DNA of 64,000 nt. Source: Octopus bimaculoides (Eukaryota). Every line of letters begins with the position of its first letter. Within the stretch, counting starts at the first letter, position 1. Both the position numbers and the translations under genes were made by a program. Location: the NCBI RefSeq assembly GCF_001194135.2, contig NC_068984.1:61129445-61193444 (forward strand), written 5' to 3'. The notes below the pieces were generated by a model, which did not search any database, was not told the DNA's origin, and saw only the letters and a list, made by a program, of their open reading frames with translations. Shown in pieces: positions 50,424-63,594 of this stretch.

Positions 50424-51585
50424 TTGGTGCTAAATTTTCTCAAAGGAGGCAGAATAGAAAGCAAATCTGACTCCAGTGGACAGCGTATGTATGATCATTG
50501 GAGAGAAATGGGATTGTTTCAACTCACGGAACAAAGATTATGTGATCAAGCTAGAGCAATAAGAAAAAAATGTTGGTTCAAACAAGTAGAGCTCAAAGCT
50601 ATCAAAAGACGAGTCATGGAAAATAGCAGCAGAGACAACAATGAAAATAGAGTTCTTACTAACAATTGTAATCCCATAGCACAGGAAAGGAGCAGTGGTA
50701 GTTTACTTGATGAGACATATAGGTGATCTAAAAGAAGACAATGACAGATAAACAAAAGGCAATCTACGACAGAATAAAGGTAAGACTACAGGATAACGAT
50801 AGCGACATTAACTGCAAACTTGAAACGGTTGATCGATGGAAACTGAACCAAGAGACAAAAAAAATGAGAATGGAATTCTGAAATAAATCAGAACAAACAT
50901 CACCACAGAAACAAATAATTTGATCAAGGCAGCAAGTATTGTTGTAGCAGAAAACGTGAGTGTTAATGTCAAGAAAAAGAAATATAATGGGAATGGCAAA
51001 AGAAAAGAACCATGGTGGAAAAGAAGAATCCGGGCAGGGTTAGACTTGCTCTGGAAGGAAATCTCTGTATTAGACAACAAAAAGAATGGGAGGGGGGCTT
51101 AAAAGCGAACAAAAATACAGGGCGCAGAAATGAAAGTATAATATTGAAAGAAAGGGCCTGAAAGAGACGTTATGACAATATAGCAAGGATTGTCCATTGG
51201 AAAATTTGCAACAAGTATGGACTTGTCAGAGCAAAACTATGGTACGAACATAAACCCGAAGGCATCATCGAAAATGATACTGAAAAGATCCTATGTGATT
51301 TTATGATTCAGTGCGACCATGAGATACAAAACAGAAAATCAGCTGACAACAAGGTATGCGTTAAGGAAGAAAGAATAGTCGATAGATATGAGAGGTTAGC
51401 TTGGGAGGTTAAGCAGTTGTGGTCGCTGAAAAAGATGGTAGTAGTAACAATAGTTGTCGGAACACTGAGAACAGTGATTAAAAATCTTGAGAAGTACATG
51501 GAACAAACAGGGGCTGCAATAAGGGTAGAGCACTTGCAGAAAACAGCACTGCTTGGAACTGCTCGAATACAATCGCTTTTACTAA
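50424..51585 (+). mobile_element. Internally deleted R4/Dong element (N-terminal domain fused to RLE, no RT)
   Basis: RMYDHWREMGLF.LTEQRLCDQARAI; TNNLIKAAS..PWWKRRI; KYNIERKGLK joined at ~51165 to RRYDNIARIVHW..WYEHKP..YERLAWEVKQLW..LQKTALLGTARI. Confidence 0.85.
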
Positions 51586-51692
51586 AGGTATAAGGCTTGA
51601 AATTTTGGGGATTTGAACTCAGAATGTAGACAGACGAAATGCGGTTATACATTTTGTCCGGCTTTCTAGCGATTCTACCAGCTCACCGCCTC
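51586..51692 (-). mobile_element. Internally deleted family A SINE
   Basis: ATTTGAACTCAGAATGTAGACAGACGAAATGC..GATTCTACCAGCTCACCGCCT. Confidence 0.7.
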
Positions 51693-51726
51693 AGAAAAAA
51701 ATTCATGATGTACTTGTGGATATACT

Positions 51727-52113
51727 GTTGTTAATGACACTTCGTCGCTTACGACGTCGAGGGTTCCAGTTGATCCGATCAACGGAACAGACTGCTCGTG
51801 AAATTAACGTGCAAGTGGCTGAGCACTCCACAGACACGAGTACCTTTAACGTAGTTCTCGGGGATATTCAGCGTGACACAGTGTGACAAGGCTCACCCTT
51901 TGAATTACAAGCACAACAGAAACAGGAAGTAATTGTGAGAGAAAGTTGTGGTGGAAGAGTACAGCAGGGTTTGCCACCATCACCTGCCGGAGCCTCGTGG
52001 AGCTTTAGGTGTTTTCGCTCAATAAACACTCACAACGCCCGGTCTGGGAATCGAAACCGCGATCCCATGACCACGAGTCCGCTGCCCTAACCACTGGGCC
52101 ATTGCGCCTCCAC
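51727..52113 (-). mobile_element. Full-length tRNA-SINE (family C) with 12-bp TSD
   Basis: Box A TGGCCCAGTGGTTAGG, box B GGTTTCGATTCCC; TSD TGTGGATATACT at 51715-51726 and 52114-52125. Confidence 0.9.
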
Positions 52114-53070
52114 TGTGGATATACTATATTTAAAAGATTAGTAATAATACGGAAAAGTACCTGACCGAAAGGCAAAACAACGGTATACGTGAATTCACAG
52201 ACAATGGACTGGTCATTCCTTTCTTAGTATTGTATCCGCTAACATTGCTAAGTATAGTTAACATTAGACATAAAATCCCGTCGCAGATTATAGGAGTACT
52301 ATCACCAAAAGATTTACACGTCTTTCATTAACTACCTGTGTTACGTTTAACTTGTTTCATGAGGATAGTCTGAGGAAGTACAGTTGCTACTGTATTTGCA
52401 AATGTATTTCACACTGCAGGGAGACAAAATTTCACTGGGGCAACGGCGATTCAGTGCGTTTTGGAACTCATTAATTACACAGCATTATATTTATTCCTGG
52501 GGCTCCCAAACCACTTATTCTGCCTAATACATCTTTAATATTAGATATAGTGGATGTCCTATTATGAGAAAATCGTACATAGTCGGTCATGATATGGCAA
52601 TATTGATTGAAAATAACCGAGAAAGTATTTCGTTTTCATTCCGGTTGTCAAATATTGTATTGAATCTTATTTCAAAAGAGATCTACTTCAAGCAAGTTCT
52701 CCATGTTAAATAAATTTCTTTTAATATGAACAATAATATTACCATGTTTTCTGCGGAAATATTTGACTTCTATCTGTTGCTTATAATGTATCAGACTATA
52801 GCAATTCTAATTTAATTATGATAAGAGATACAATTTCGTTGAACGTGCAGGAACACGAATGAATATATATAGTTGTACAGTTATTATTTACGTCATATTC
52901 ATGGATTAAATTTCATCTGAACAAAGCGCCTTCATAAGACCAAACGCATGAAGGTCAGTAGATATAAGCAATGAATTTTAATACTGAGATTGAAATATTA
53001 AAATGAGATCAGTTCATACAGTGTAAATATAGGGATCAGAGTGTTCACGTGAGTGTGCCTATTTGTGTAA

Positions 53071-53125
<55 letters not shown>

Positions 53126-54334
53126 CATACATTCAATATAATGATAACAATAATACCAGGATGGAATAATAAAATATGTGATTCATCGCTACGTACGTTT
53201 CCATATATCATATGATTTTGACACCAGAGTCGATCAATCTAGATAAATTGGCCTTCATACTGGAAAGAAGGGATAAACATCCCTCTATGATTTATCCAAT
53301 AAAATTGTATCACCTGATGAACTGGATCAATGATGATACCCACGGATAATACGGACTATACTGTATTAATCCCAAGGATACCGTCTCTGATTTTAAAATC
53401 ATCTGATCTGTGGAAAGGTACGTAGAGATGTATTAGATATTTATAAATTCGATCCTGGTATAATTGTTATCATTATATTTACCCCACATTATATTGGTAT
53501 AACCATAATGCAACCCGAAAATCTGACTCGTTAGTCAGTATCATTAAACGGTAGCCGGCTTAATGAAATAGCTTTATTTTCATACCCATAACGTTACCTA
53601 AACGAATTTAGAAGATATATAAATACATATATATGTATATATATATATATATATNNNNNNNNNNNNNNNNNNNNNNNNNNNNNNNNNNNNNNNNNNNNNN
53701 NNNNNNNNNNNNNNNNNNNNNNNNNNNNNNNNNNNNNNNNNNNNNNNNNNNNNNNNNNNNNNNNNNNNNNNNNNNNNNNNNNNNNNNNNNNNNNNNNNNN
53801 NNNNNNNNNNNNNNNNNNNNNNNNNNNNNNNNNNNNNNNNNNNNNNNNNNNNNNNNNNNNNNNNNNNNTATATACACACAAATATATATATATGTATATT
53901 TATATATATACATACATGCATACACACATATCATTTAGCTTAGGCATAGCGTTACTATGAACCTGATATTAGAACTCAATACGCATAACCTTCAGGAGAA
54001 AGCCTCAGGGAAGTTCAGACCAGCAATGAAAAATTTGAATAAATGACGTGATGAACCTCATTAGCCTACAGTTGTTTCTGTTATAAGATGCAATGCACTA
54101 ATAGTTCAGTGCTTTTGTATCACTCCATAGCTCACAATGGACTTCAAAAATGAAATGGCACGTCATCGTAGAGCTTCATCGTGATATACAAATAATCAGC
54201 AATGAGTATATTGCTTCTTATAGCAGAAGCAACAGTAAGCTAACGAAGTTTCTGGCATAATATCTCGTTTCTTTAATTCCTTACACACACACACACGCAC
54301 ACACATGTATATATATATGCATGTATGTAGATTA

Positions 54335-54490
54335 TAACTCCGGTTTCCCTAGAATTCCCGTCTACCAAATTTATCTTAGATATAAGTCGGCTCGAAGCTA
54401 CAACAGAAGCACTTGCCGAACGTATCATCCAATATGATAGAACCCAGAACAAAATTACTGCAAAGTAAACTCCTTAAAGACGTAGCACAT
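54335..54490 (-). mobile_element. Old family B SINE head remnant
   Basis: Weak reverse-complement similarity to 41664-41820. Confidence 0.45.
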
Positions 54491-56491
54491 GCTAGGGCCT
54501 ATATAAGAAAAGAAAATATTTAGAAACACATAAAAGGGAGAAGTGAACATTACACCAATTTTGAATACTTGTTGGGAATAAGATTAAGAAATGCTTCGAT
54601 TGTCAGACACAGAAGACCTAATATGTTCGATCATTCATGTTTCGGGGCTCTTAAGGTATTTTGTATTCCGTGCATTATGTGTACGAATACAAGTAACAAA
54701 CAATAATGACTGACTTTTACTGACCATTTAGCGTTGATAATTTAACGAATGCGTATATACACCCTTATATATACTGGTAGTTGGAAATTTCACAGTCAGT
54801 AGCAATGTAAATGTTTGCAAGTATTTACCGATTAAGAAGAAAAATATCAAATCACTTTCAGGAATTTTATAGAAATATTTTAAAAATGTATAAAATTATA
54901 AACTTGAAAACACAGCAATGTTTCTTGAGAGATCAGCAAAAGTGTAAAGTAAATTAAGACGTTAGACATCTTTCACACGTGTCATAAACAATATAAGAAA
55001 AGTAACAAAATACCTATCATCCACTATGCTATTGATTTAGAAGTAAAATATATAACTATCAGCATAAAAATAGACAATACAATACAATTTCTAGAGTTTC
55101 ATGAACCATAAATTACATTTAAAGATCAAAAAGATATCTTGTTAACTCCAATTGCAAATTAATAAAACCAACAAAACAAGAGATAGCTACAATCAGTACA
55201 AATATTTAAGATTTTATCATTTCCAGCATTAAACGGGTCACTACACTTTCAATATGTAATAATAGATTATTTGTCAACAAGCAGCTGAGTTGTATGGGCA
55301 TTAATCACCTTTGAGAATTTATGTAGTCGACGTTGTAGCGGTCTTTCCGACTACAAATAGATCGATACTTCAAATAGATTTAGAATTTGGTTAATGTTTT
55401 TCAGCTAGTGATTAGGACACTAATACAGCCTAGAAGTGTTCGTTATTTTAAGTCATTTCTTTGAGGTTTAAAGTTAGAATTCCTGAATTATGTGTTGGAA
55501 TGATGGAGCTGAGTCTTCTAAATTAACAAGACTACATGTAAATTTAATTGCAAGAGATTCTGCTCAACTGAAGTCTAACTTCAGCGTGATGTTAGACTTC
55601 CTAGTTTGCAAAATATAATTAGTGATTATATGGATGTAGTTAGGGATCTATTGATAGCGATAAGTGTTTTAAAATCTAAAACTTAATTTCTTAGTTACAA
55701 CTGGTAAATGCTGACATAGTAAAATGATTGCAAAATTGCGGTACATTCATATAGATTCTAGTGTATTCATATAAATTCCACTATATAAATATATTTTCCG
55801 TTATTATTAACCTCAGTGTGAAAATAGATTTGTTTCTACTAACACTGAAAAAATTGGCAAATTGTTCACTTTCAAATCGTTGGGCAGTTACTTTACGGTG
55901 AACACCACGGCTTAAGAAACATCTGCCAAGCAATTATACGGTTTCTTTTATATTAGGCCCAAAGACACAACACAATTTTAGACAATGGGTATGTAGTGAG
56001 ATTGAGGTAAAACCAAATATCAGTATCGAGTAGCCAGAAGCGAATGTCTTGCTTCACACTCCCCGCTGATATCGTGTAATTATAAGGCTTCATTTGTTAT
56101 GGCAAATTCTTTAGCATTTAAATTTATCTCAGCCACAGGTCAACAAAGTGAAGTTTTTCAGTATCTTAAGTTTCTCCAACTTTCTCTTTTGAGTTTTTCT
56201 TTATATAAATTACATGCACTTCAGCTATAGTTCAGTTGTTAACACATCGTATACTGTATCACTAATATATATATATATATATATAATGTTCTATGTAATA
56301 CATATGTATAGCTCAGTTGTTTAAAATATCTATATTTCTGAATTTTTACGCTAATAGTAATTAGATATTTATTATTTTTTGTTGTCGCTTAGTACATGAT
56401 TAACTCTGATCAATCTCACATATGTGAAAAGGTGTTTCACTATTGTTATTTTGTTAGGTAGGACTTCCGTGTTTAATACATTCCCCTCTAG

Positions 56492-58505
56492 TTTGATAAT
56501 GGTAGGGTATGATTTGAGATAATTGGGATATTATTTGCTTAAGGTCGACGCATTGGCTTGACGATATTTTTGTGAAGTGTCCATGAAAATGATAAAGCAA
56601 ATGGCAAAAAGAACTTCGCTTAACTCATCAAAAAGATCTTCGCTTAACTTATCAAAGAGAAGTTTATCGGATTCGTATTTGCATAGTGCCAAACCAAGGT
56701 GACAGTTATATCATTCAATTGGTGTTCACGCCTTTTCATGCCTCCGAGATTTGCTACAAGAGGAATTCTTGAAGGCTGGCCTTTATGAAGGATAATTTCG
56801 GAAAATATGGGTGAAAAAAGGTTATACAAGACATTGCGATTGGCTGCAGTAAAAAGCTGTATGGGATTAATTACATTTGATGAGGATTATGAGATAACAT
56901 GGTGTATGGAGAATAAAATAAAATAAATTTGGAAAGAGCATACCAGTTGACCAAACTTAGGAGGCTTTTAGTGACTAACTGCATGGTACTCTAGCGGGTA
57001 TCCGTTATTTTTGTGGTTGCAGTTTGTGTGTGTGTAGTAACATGTATAATCGAAAGGTTTTAGAAGTTCACTTTGCAGCCTGGAAAACGTAGCATCAATT
57101 TCATTTCGTGACAGACTTTCTGAATGAAAGTTATTAGACTCAACCAATGTAGGAGGACGTCGGATTGAGAGTTCCTGCAATTCAAAAGTTCAACTTTATC
57201 ACGTAGTGTTTCATGTTGATTTGGGCTTTAAATTGTATTATAGGTTATATTTAATTGTGAAATACTCAGCCACTAATATATTAATCTAACATGAAATTGC
57301 TCTTTGTATAAACCGACGGACTATCCATCATCTGGTAAAATCAAACAAGATTTAGGGCTAATATTCCATTTTTGAATTTCACCTGGGTTTCGTGTGGGTT
57401 TTTTTCTCAGAAGATTCCTCTGTAAAATTGAAAAGAATTGTTGATGAATTATTCTTTACTTATTTGTTGTATTTGTTTCACTAATAGGACTGTGTCTATA
57501 CTGGAGCCTTGCATTGTAGGAGTAGTCGAACACACCGCCTCTAATAATTTTTTTGTCTAGTACTTATTCTATCCTTAACTTTTGTCGAATTAAGTCATTA
57601 ATGGAAAACAAATTGTCATAGTGGAGAGTAAAACACAGACATAAAGACACACGCGCGCGAACACACACAAACACACGCATACACACAGATACACACACAG
57701 ACACACACAGGCACAGACATACACACACAGACACAGACATACACACGGACACATACACACACACAAACACACACACACGCACATATATATAATTTACATA
57801 ATTTCTGTCTATCAAATTCACTCACAAGTTAGTTATTAGTGAACTCAGGACTATAGTTGAAGATGTCGCACCGGAAGTCTGAACTTCAAGCAACAAGGTT
57901 GCGAAACGACCTTTTCAATTACAGTGCCATGTCTGTTTTAAATATAAATTATCATGCTTAATAATTCCCACGTTTTGCTTTCACGTTTCTATACACTGAA
58001 TTCAAATGTCAAGCTTTACTTCACATTTCATCTTTCCATTTTCACTTCCACAAATGATATTACAAGGACCATACTGAACATTTTAACACGCTATAGCTCT
58101 CTATTTGAGGCGAAGCATTTATACTCATATGGCTTACATTTATACCTGTGCTACTCCATATCAATTAGTGAATTAAACAACTGATGAATGAGGTCTCTGA
58201 GTTTCATAGGAAACAAATATTCATTGACAAGAAAATTCAAGAATTCCTCATGTAGCAAATCTGAAAAGGCGTGAACACCAATTGGGTGATATAATTTTCA
58301 CCTTGGTTTGGTAATATGCAAATAGGAATCCGATAAACTTCTCTTTGATAAGTAAAGCGAACATCAGAGAGATCTTTTTGTCATCTGCTTTATCATTTCC
58401 ATAGACACTCCATATACTTATATTACAAAAATATTGTCAAGCCAATGCGTCAACCTTAAGCAAATAATATCCCAATTATCTCAAATCATACCCTACCATA
58501 TCAAA
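56492..58505. repeat. ~280-bp inverted repeat pair with 1.46-kb spacer
   Basis: 56492-56773 is the diverged reverse complement of 58236-58505, including the identical block GGTAGGGTATGATTTGAGATAATTGGGATATTATTTGCTTAAGGT. Confidence 0.9.
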
Positions 58506-59089
58506 GTGACAATATTTGCACGCCGACCGTTGTAAGTTATAACATTTTAAGTTGAATACATAGTGACATTGATTTAAAGATTTCAGTTTCTGTTAATGAA
58601 ATTTTTAATTAAGTATAGCTTGCTCGTTATATTGATTATAAGAGAGAGTGTAATTGATTTCAAAAATCAGGATATAAAACCAGAGATTGAAATCCGTATA
58701 GAAAGTTCAATATAAGTTCAGAAATGGAATATTTACGTAAAACTTCAGTTCGATTTACAACTTCAATTTTCGAATTCCCTAACCCCTCTTTCTTTTCCTC
58801 AACACTTGAAGACTTGGCCAGCAAAAATTTGAATAGTAAAAATTGTAAACTTCTTTATATTGATTAACTTATGATGGTTTTATCTGCATCAAAATTGCTT
58901 TGTCATTGTTTTAAATTTTGGAACTGGCTAGCAATTTTAGGGAATGATATTTTATTTTATGGTCTCCAAAGAAAGAAAGGTAAATTTGAATGCTGAATGT
59001 AAAGAACCGGAAGAAACCCCACTATGCTTTTAGTTAGATACGCCGACAATTATGTCTGTTCGTTGCGTTTAACTGTTTTGCATATCATA

Positions 59090-59350
59090 TGAGTGAAGAG
59101 GTTAGGTTGTTGCACTCACGATTGTTTGATAGTGAGTTCGACTCTCAGACCAGGCAGCGCGTTGTGTCCTTGAGCAAATCACTTAGTTTCAGTTTGTTCC
59201 AGGCTACTCAGCTGTAAATGGGTAGCGGTGGATTAGCCTTTCGATCAGGGGGAATGTTGGCCTGCTCTCCTAGCCAGCTGGGTAGCATCATTCAAACGCT
59301 AAGATAATGCCAAGCACATTATGACCAGCAATGTATAGCAACGTTCAATG
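59090..59350 (+). mobile_element. tRNA-SINE with CORE-like central domain (family D)
   Basis: Box B GAGTTCGACTC; GTGTCCTTGAGCAAATCACTTA..CTCAGCTGTAAATGGG resembles the MIR/CORE consensus. Confidence 0.65.
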
Positions 59351-61994
59351 GTCTTGTAAATACTGTGAATATTCTGTTATATGAAATATAATCATGTAGA
59401 AATTTTAGGCATACGAAAAACGAACATATCAAAGTAAGCTGAATACTTGGATTCGTAACTGTATGAAAGAAGTTGGAAATCTTATTTTAAAAGTCGGTAG
59501 TTAAGTGCATTTAATGAAAGATAATTCTATATATTTTCCAATAATTATTGTTAGCAAGTCTGTGATTTCTACATTGTAATGAAATGAAAATGTAACAGTT
59601 GAATGCGGGATACCACTAAATAACGTTAATTTTCAACACTGAAATTTTCTTCTCATGCAGTGATCTAAATATTTAATTATCCCCACAATTATTACAGACC
59701 CAGTTTCAGAATTTTCTCGTACCACAATCCGAAAACAAATGTTACTACAAAACTGGACTAGCCATATATCAGATCGTAACAACAAATTATTTTGTTACAA
59801 TATTAGAATACAATTCATGTGAGAAGTATTTTAGACAAATCAACAGTTCAGTGCTATTTGTCTAACGTGAATGTTTTATTTTTAGCTTGGTCTTATCGCT
59901 GTACTGAACGTTTATATAAAATTAACCTACAGCATGTTGGCACACCTAGAGTAAGGTACTATGAGGCATCGCTGCTTATTACTTTATGAAGCATCAGCGT
60001 CCGATAAATATGGCCATATGCTTAACAAAGGAGACAATGGAATCACTATTTCATAAATATAATGGGATATTAATCAAGAAATATTTAACATTTAACGACT
60101 TTATCATTGTAGGTTTCTTATTGTAGTTTTCCTTAAATTTGCCTGGGACAATAAGTTTATATGTTACAATCTTTTGATCATTTACTCAAGGTATCCATCA
60201 TCTCTGAAAACATCAATTTGCATAAGCAGAAATGATGGTAAAGTAATTATTTAATGAAAAATTGTTTGTATTTACGAAACCTCAGTGAAGGGATCCAAAC
60301 AGTAATTTTGGGAAATCAATTACACGAGGAAAAGTTTTCATTCAATTACAGTTAAAAATGTTCATTAATTTTCTCAGATCTATTAAGGGTTTGAATCATT
60401 CTCAGAAAGAATATTGGAAATGAAAATATATTAAGACTCAAATACATTTCATAATATTCAATGTAGGTTGTTGGGACACGAACTTATTATTCATTGTATT
60501 AACCTGTAAGATTTACTGTGACAGAGTCAAACATTCAGAGCCGAATTTGATTAATTAGATTTCAAATAATTATGACATTTTCCCATTTTTACCATCGTAT
60601 TGAATAGATTTGACAGAGAAAATCCACAATCATTATTTGGTTGGAAATTCATCAACTAAGGAAGCTTTGAATTGAGAATGTAAACTAACTGAATCAAGCA
60701 ACTCCATTGCATTTTGCATTTCTTGATAATGATGCATATTTTATCGCCTCACGAGAGAATAAAAAAAGATACAGTTTTACCAAGTAGAGTTGAATTTGTT
60801 TGAACCTACAAAGTAGGAAGCCGAATGTAAATAATCTCGCCCTCTATGTAGCACATCTGCCAACTTTATCTCTTACATTAGCAAAAGAAGAAGCCTCCCG
60901 CAGTCACTTGAAGTGGTAAAATTTGCAGCAAAATCATCTTTACATCGTATCCTATGTCTTGGGTACTGCAGAACAGGATGAAGAAAGAAGACTGAATGGT
61001 CATAGTTTAGACTACATTACAACTTACATTCTTATGATTTTATTCAGCACAATTAGAGATGATATAGTGTGATATTCTGATAAGTATTATTATTTTCTTG
61101 TTCTTGTTATCAACGAGGCCATTATCTTCACTATCCATATCATCATAAGAGAAGCATGCGATTCTGCCTTAAAAACCAATATGCCAACCAAAACTGAGAG
61201 CACCATCGCTACTGTCACGTTGACAATAAGAACGAAAGAAAACAAAACATAAAAACCACCAGGTAGTTATAGTTAAATGAACAATTGCGTACAAAAGCAC
61301 AGATGATTTAGAGTTTTGATAACCCACAAAAACAAATTGTACGTGTAATTTGTTTGTAGGAAAAACGAATTTCTTTCAAGAGACAAGAATCACAAAATAT
61401 GATTTGCAGAAAAAAAAAAACAGATACTAATATTTAAAAAAAAAAAGGAAAATAAATAAAAATCCACCCCACCAGAAAATAAAGCAAAGCTCCAACAAAA
61501 CTGAAAACAGGAAAGGAATTTCAAAACAACATTATTACGGAATGTAGTAATTGGAAAGCCTCGACCGCCTGATATAATAAAACCTTTTACGCTATTCAGA
61601 CACATGTGATACAAGAATTCATGACTAAATTATTTGTTACCTTAAGAGACTCCAGACTATGCTTGAAGAGCAGAAAATATAGAATCACACATAGATCGCA
61701 GGAATAAACAACGTAAAAATGAATAACAGTTCTTTAAGAAATATACCTATAATGCATGGATAAAAGTCTATAGAACTCAAGTAGTTTTTTCATGAATACA
61801 TCGTACCATTCACACACACACACACACGCATACACACGCACGCACATACACATACAGGTTCTTCAGGCTAAATATGACAGTTTGCATAAAAAGAAAAACA
61901 TAATAAACATAATATCCCATGCCAAAATAAAAACAAATTATTCCATAAAATCAAAAGATATGAATAAAACTGTGGCTGAGAGATAAGAGTTTAC

Positions 61995-62640
61995 TTAAAG
62001 TAGTCGTTCTCAGCTTCTACTGCGATTTCAAGACAACTTCGTAACCATGCGTTACTTATTGCGTTCCTGGTAAGATCTGCGAACATCTCTTTGATATTGG
62101 TCACCAGTTCGGCCTTGGCGGTGCAGGTAGAATGGTTCTTGTCTTTCTCAAGCCTGACCCACACATAGTAAGGTATGACAGTACTATCGGGTTAATTACC
62201 AGGCCAGAAATTGGAACCGGTGACAACCACTTACCACATCTATTCTTCGACAACCACTTACCACTCCTAAGACTTTTCAGAGGTATGACAAAGTGACAAA
62301 TCTTGCTACCACACAGATGACAGCAGATATCTCTATCCAGAGATTGTCCATGGTCTCCAGCAGATTTTCATAGCCGTGTAAGTTGAGTTTAAGGCCCTTT
62401 TCACTGATGATGGGTGTCATAAAGCCACCCTGGAATAGAGACACAGTCAAAGGCCATTGCAGCTCATCGGAAGTTGGTATTCATGATGCCCATGTTACGT
62501 GTTAAATCTTTTACTATGTTCGCAGAGCACTGAGCAACAGTCATGAAGTCGGCATCTTACTATTCGGCATTCAGATGGTCTCCAGTCCTCTGTGTCGCCA
62601 AACTTTTTCTCAACTACAATTCTAAACATTATACACTCCA
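61995..62640 (-). mobile_element. Decayed Tc1/mariner transposase, maT (DD37D)-like
   Basis: MAFDCVS..KGLKLN..GY..W*QDLSLCHTS; WPGN*PD..YYVW..KAELV.NIK.MFADL..AENDYFK. Confidence 0.75.
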
Positions 62641-63093
62641 ACGCCGTTGAAATTTCGCCAATACATCAAGCAGGAAACAAGAGACACAAATATCGTCACA
62701 TTTAAGTTGAAAACCCTGTACATATACACTCACACCTGCTACTTCATGTAGAACGTAGATACAAGTACATATGCACAGACTTATGTATACTTTCAAATAT
62801 TCACACAAACCTGCACACACACACACACACATACATACACACATACACACAAATATATGTATATTACATTATATATTATATATATATTGACACACACACA
62901 CATTTATATATACAGGGTTGGTCAAAAGTCACCTGACAGTAAATCACAACTACTGAATTCCAAGATTTATTTGTATAATAACTAAACGAATTTAATAAAA
63001 TCATCTAAATATGAAACATCATGAAAATTCTTCAAACTGAAGTCCTTGAGCTACACATTGTTCCATTTGAGTCAATACAGAATTACAGATAAT

Positions 63094-63165
63094 ATTCATT
63101 ATTTACATTTGACGGATATTTGTCCTCATCTTTGTTTTTTACACAACGTTTCGGCTCAGTTGTTG

Positions 63166-63246
<81 letters not shown>

Positions 63247-63313
63247 TTCAGGTCACTGCCTGGAATCGAACTCGGAATTCTGGGGTTAACCACTACGCCA
63301 TAAGCCCGCGTGC
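63094..63313 (-). mobile_element. Family E tRNA-SINE, internally deleted inverted copy
   Basis: Reverse complement ATGGCGTAGTGGTTAA..GAGTTCGATTCCAGGCAGTGACCTG(AAT)n..AGCCGAAACGTTGTGT..GATGAGGACAAATA..AAATGTAAATAATG. Confidence 0.85.
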
Positions 63314-63594
63314 ATATGGCGTAGTGGTTAAGCGCGCGTGCTACTAGCCCGAAGATTTCGAGTTCGATTCCAGGCAGTGACCTGCATAATCATAATAATA
63401 ATAATAATAATAACAACAACAACATCGAAAAATACCTTAAGAATGAGAACCCAGGTTCGAAATTGCCCCGACACACCTGATGAAGGCTGGAGGGTGTATC
63501 AGCCAAAACCTCGTTCTGACAACAAACACGATGAGGACAAATACCTCTTAAATGTAAATAATGTACATAATTCCTCATCTCTTAAATATAGAAC
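63314..63594 (+). mobile_element. Family E tRNA-SINE with hammerhead-like 3' domain
   Basis: Box A TGGCGTAGTGG, box B GAGTTCGATTCC, internal (AAT)n(AAC)n, then ACAC-CTGATGA-A-GGCTG..CAGCC-AAAAC. Confidence 0.85.
63471..63515 (+). ncRNA. Minimal hammerhead ribozyme motif (this copy mutated)
   Basis: CUGAUGA at 63477-63483; stem II GGCUG/CAGCC; GAAA is AAAA here but intact (GAAACGUU-GUGU) in the sister copy at ~63141-63156 (-). Confidence 0.6.

Larger units (their letters stand above)
169..53868. other. About 19 assembly N-gaps (~7 kb), mostly bounded by (TA)n/(CA)n microsatellites
   Basis: Directly visible; largest are 40449-41414, 41830-42694, 20514-21340 and 17973-18728. Confidence 0.95.

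Noticed and set aside
98-53938. Long ORFs in the track made of X, IYIY, CVCV, SLSL, poly-I/N/L/T
   Set aside because: They are produced by N-gaps and microsatellites, not genes.
55380-55640. Leucine-rich-repeat-like spacing on the minus strand
   Set aside because: Multiple stops, and the pattern is expected by chance in AT-rich DNA.
56968-57180. 70-aa minus ORF in the spacer of the inverted repeat
   Set aside because: Short, with no transposase or other motif recognised.
63314-63385. tRNA gene call for SINE heads (also 52040-52113, 41664-41720)
   Set aside because: A/B boxes are present, but there is no complete cloverleaf or terminator and they continue into repeat bodies.
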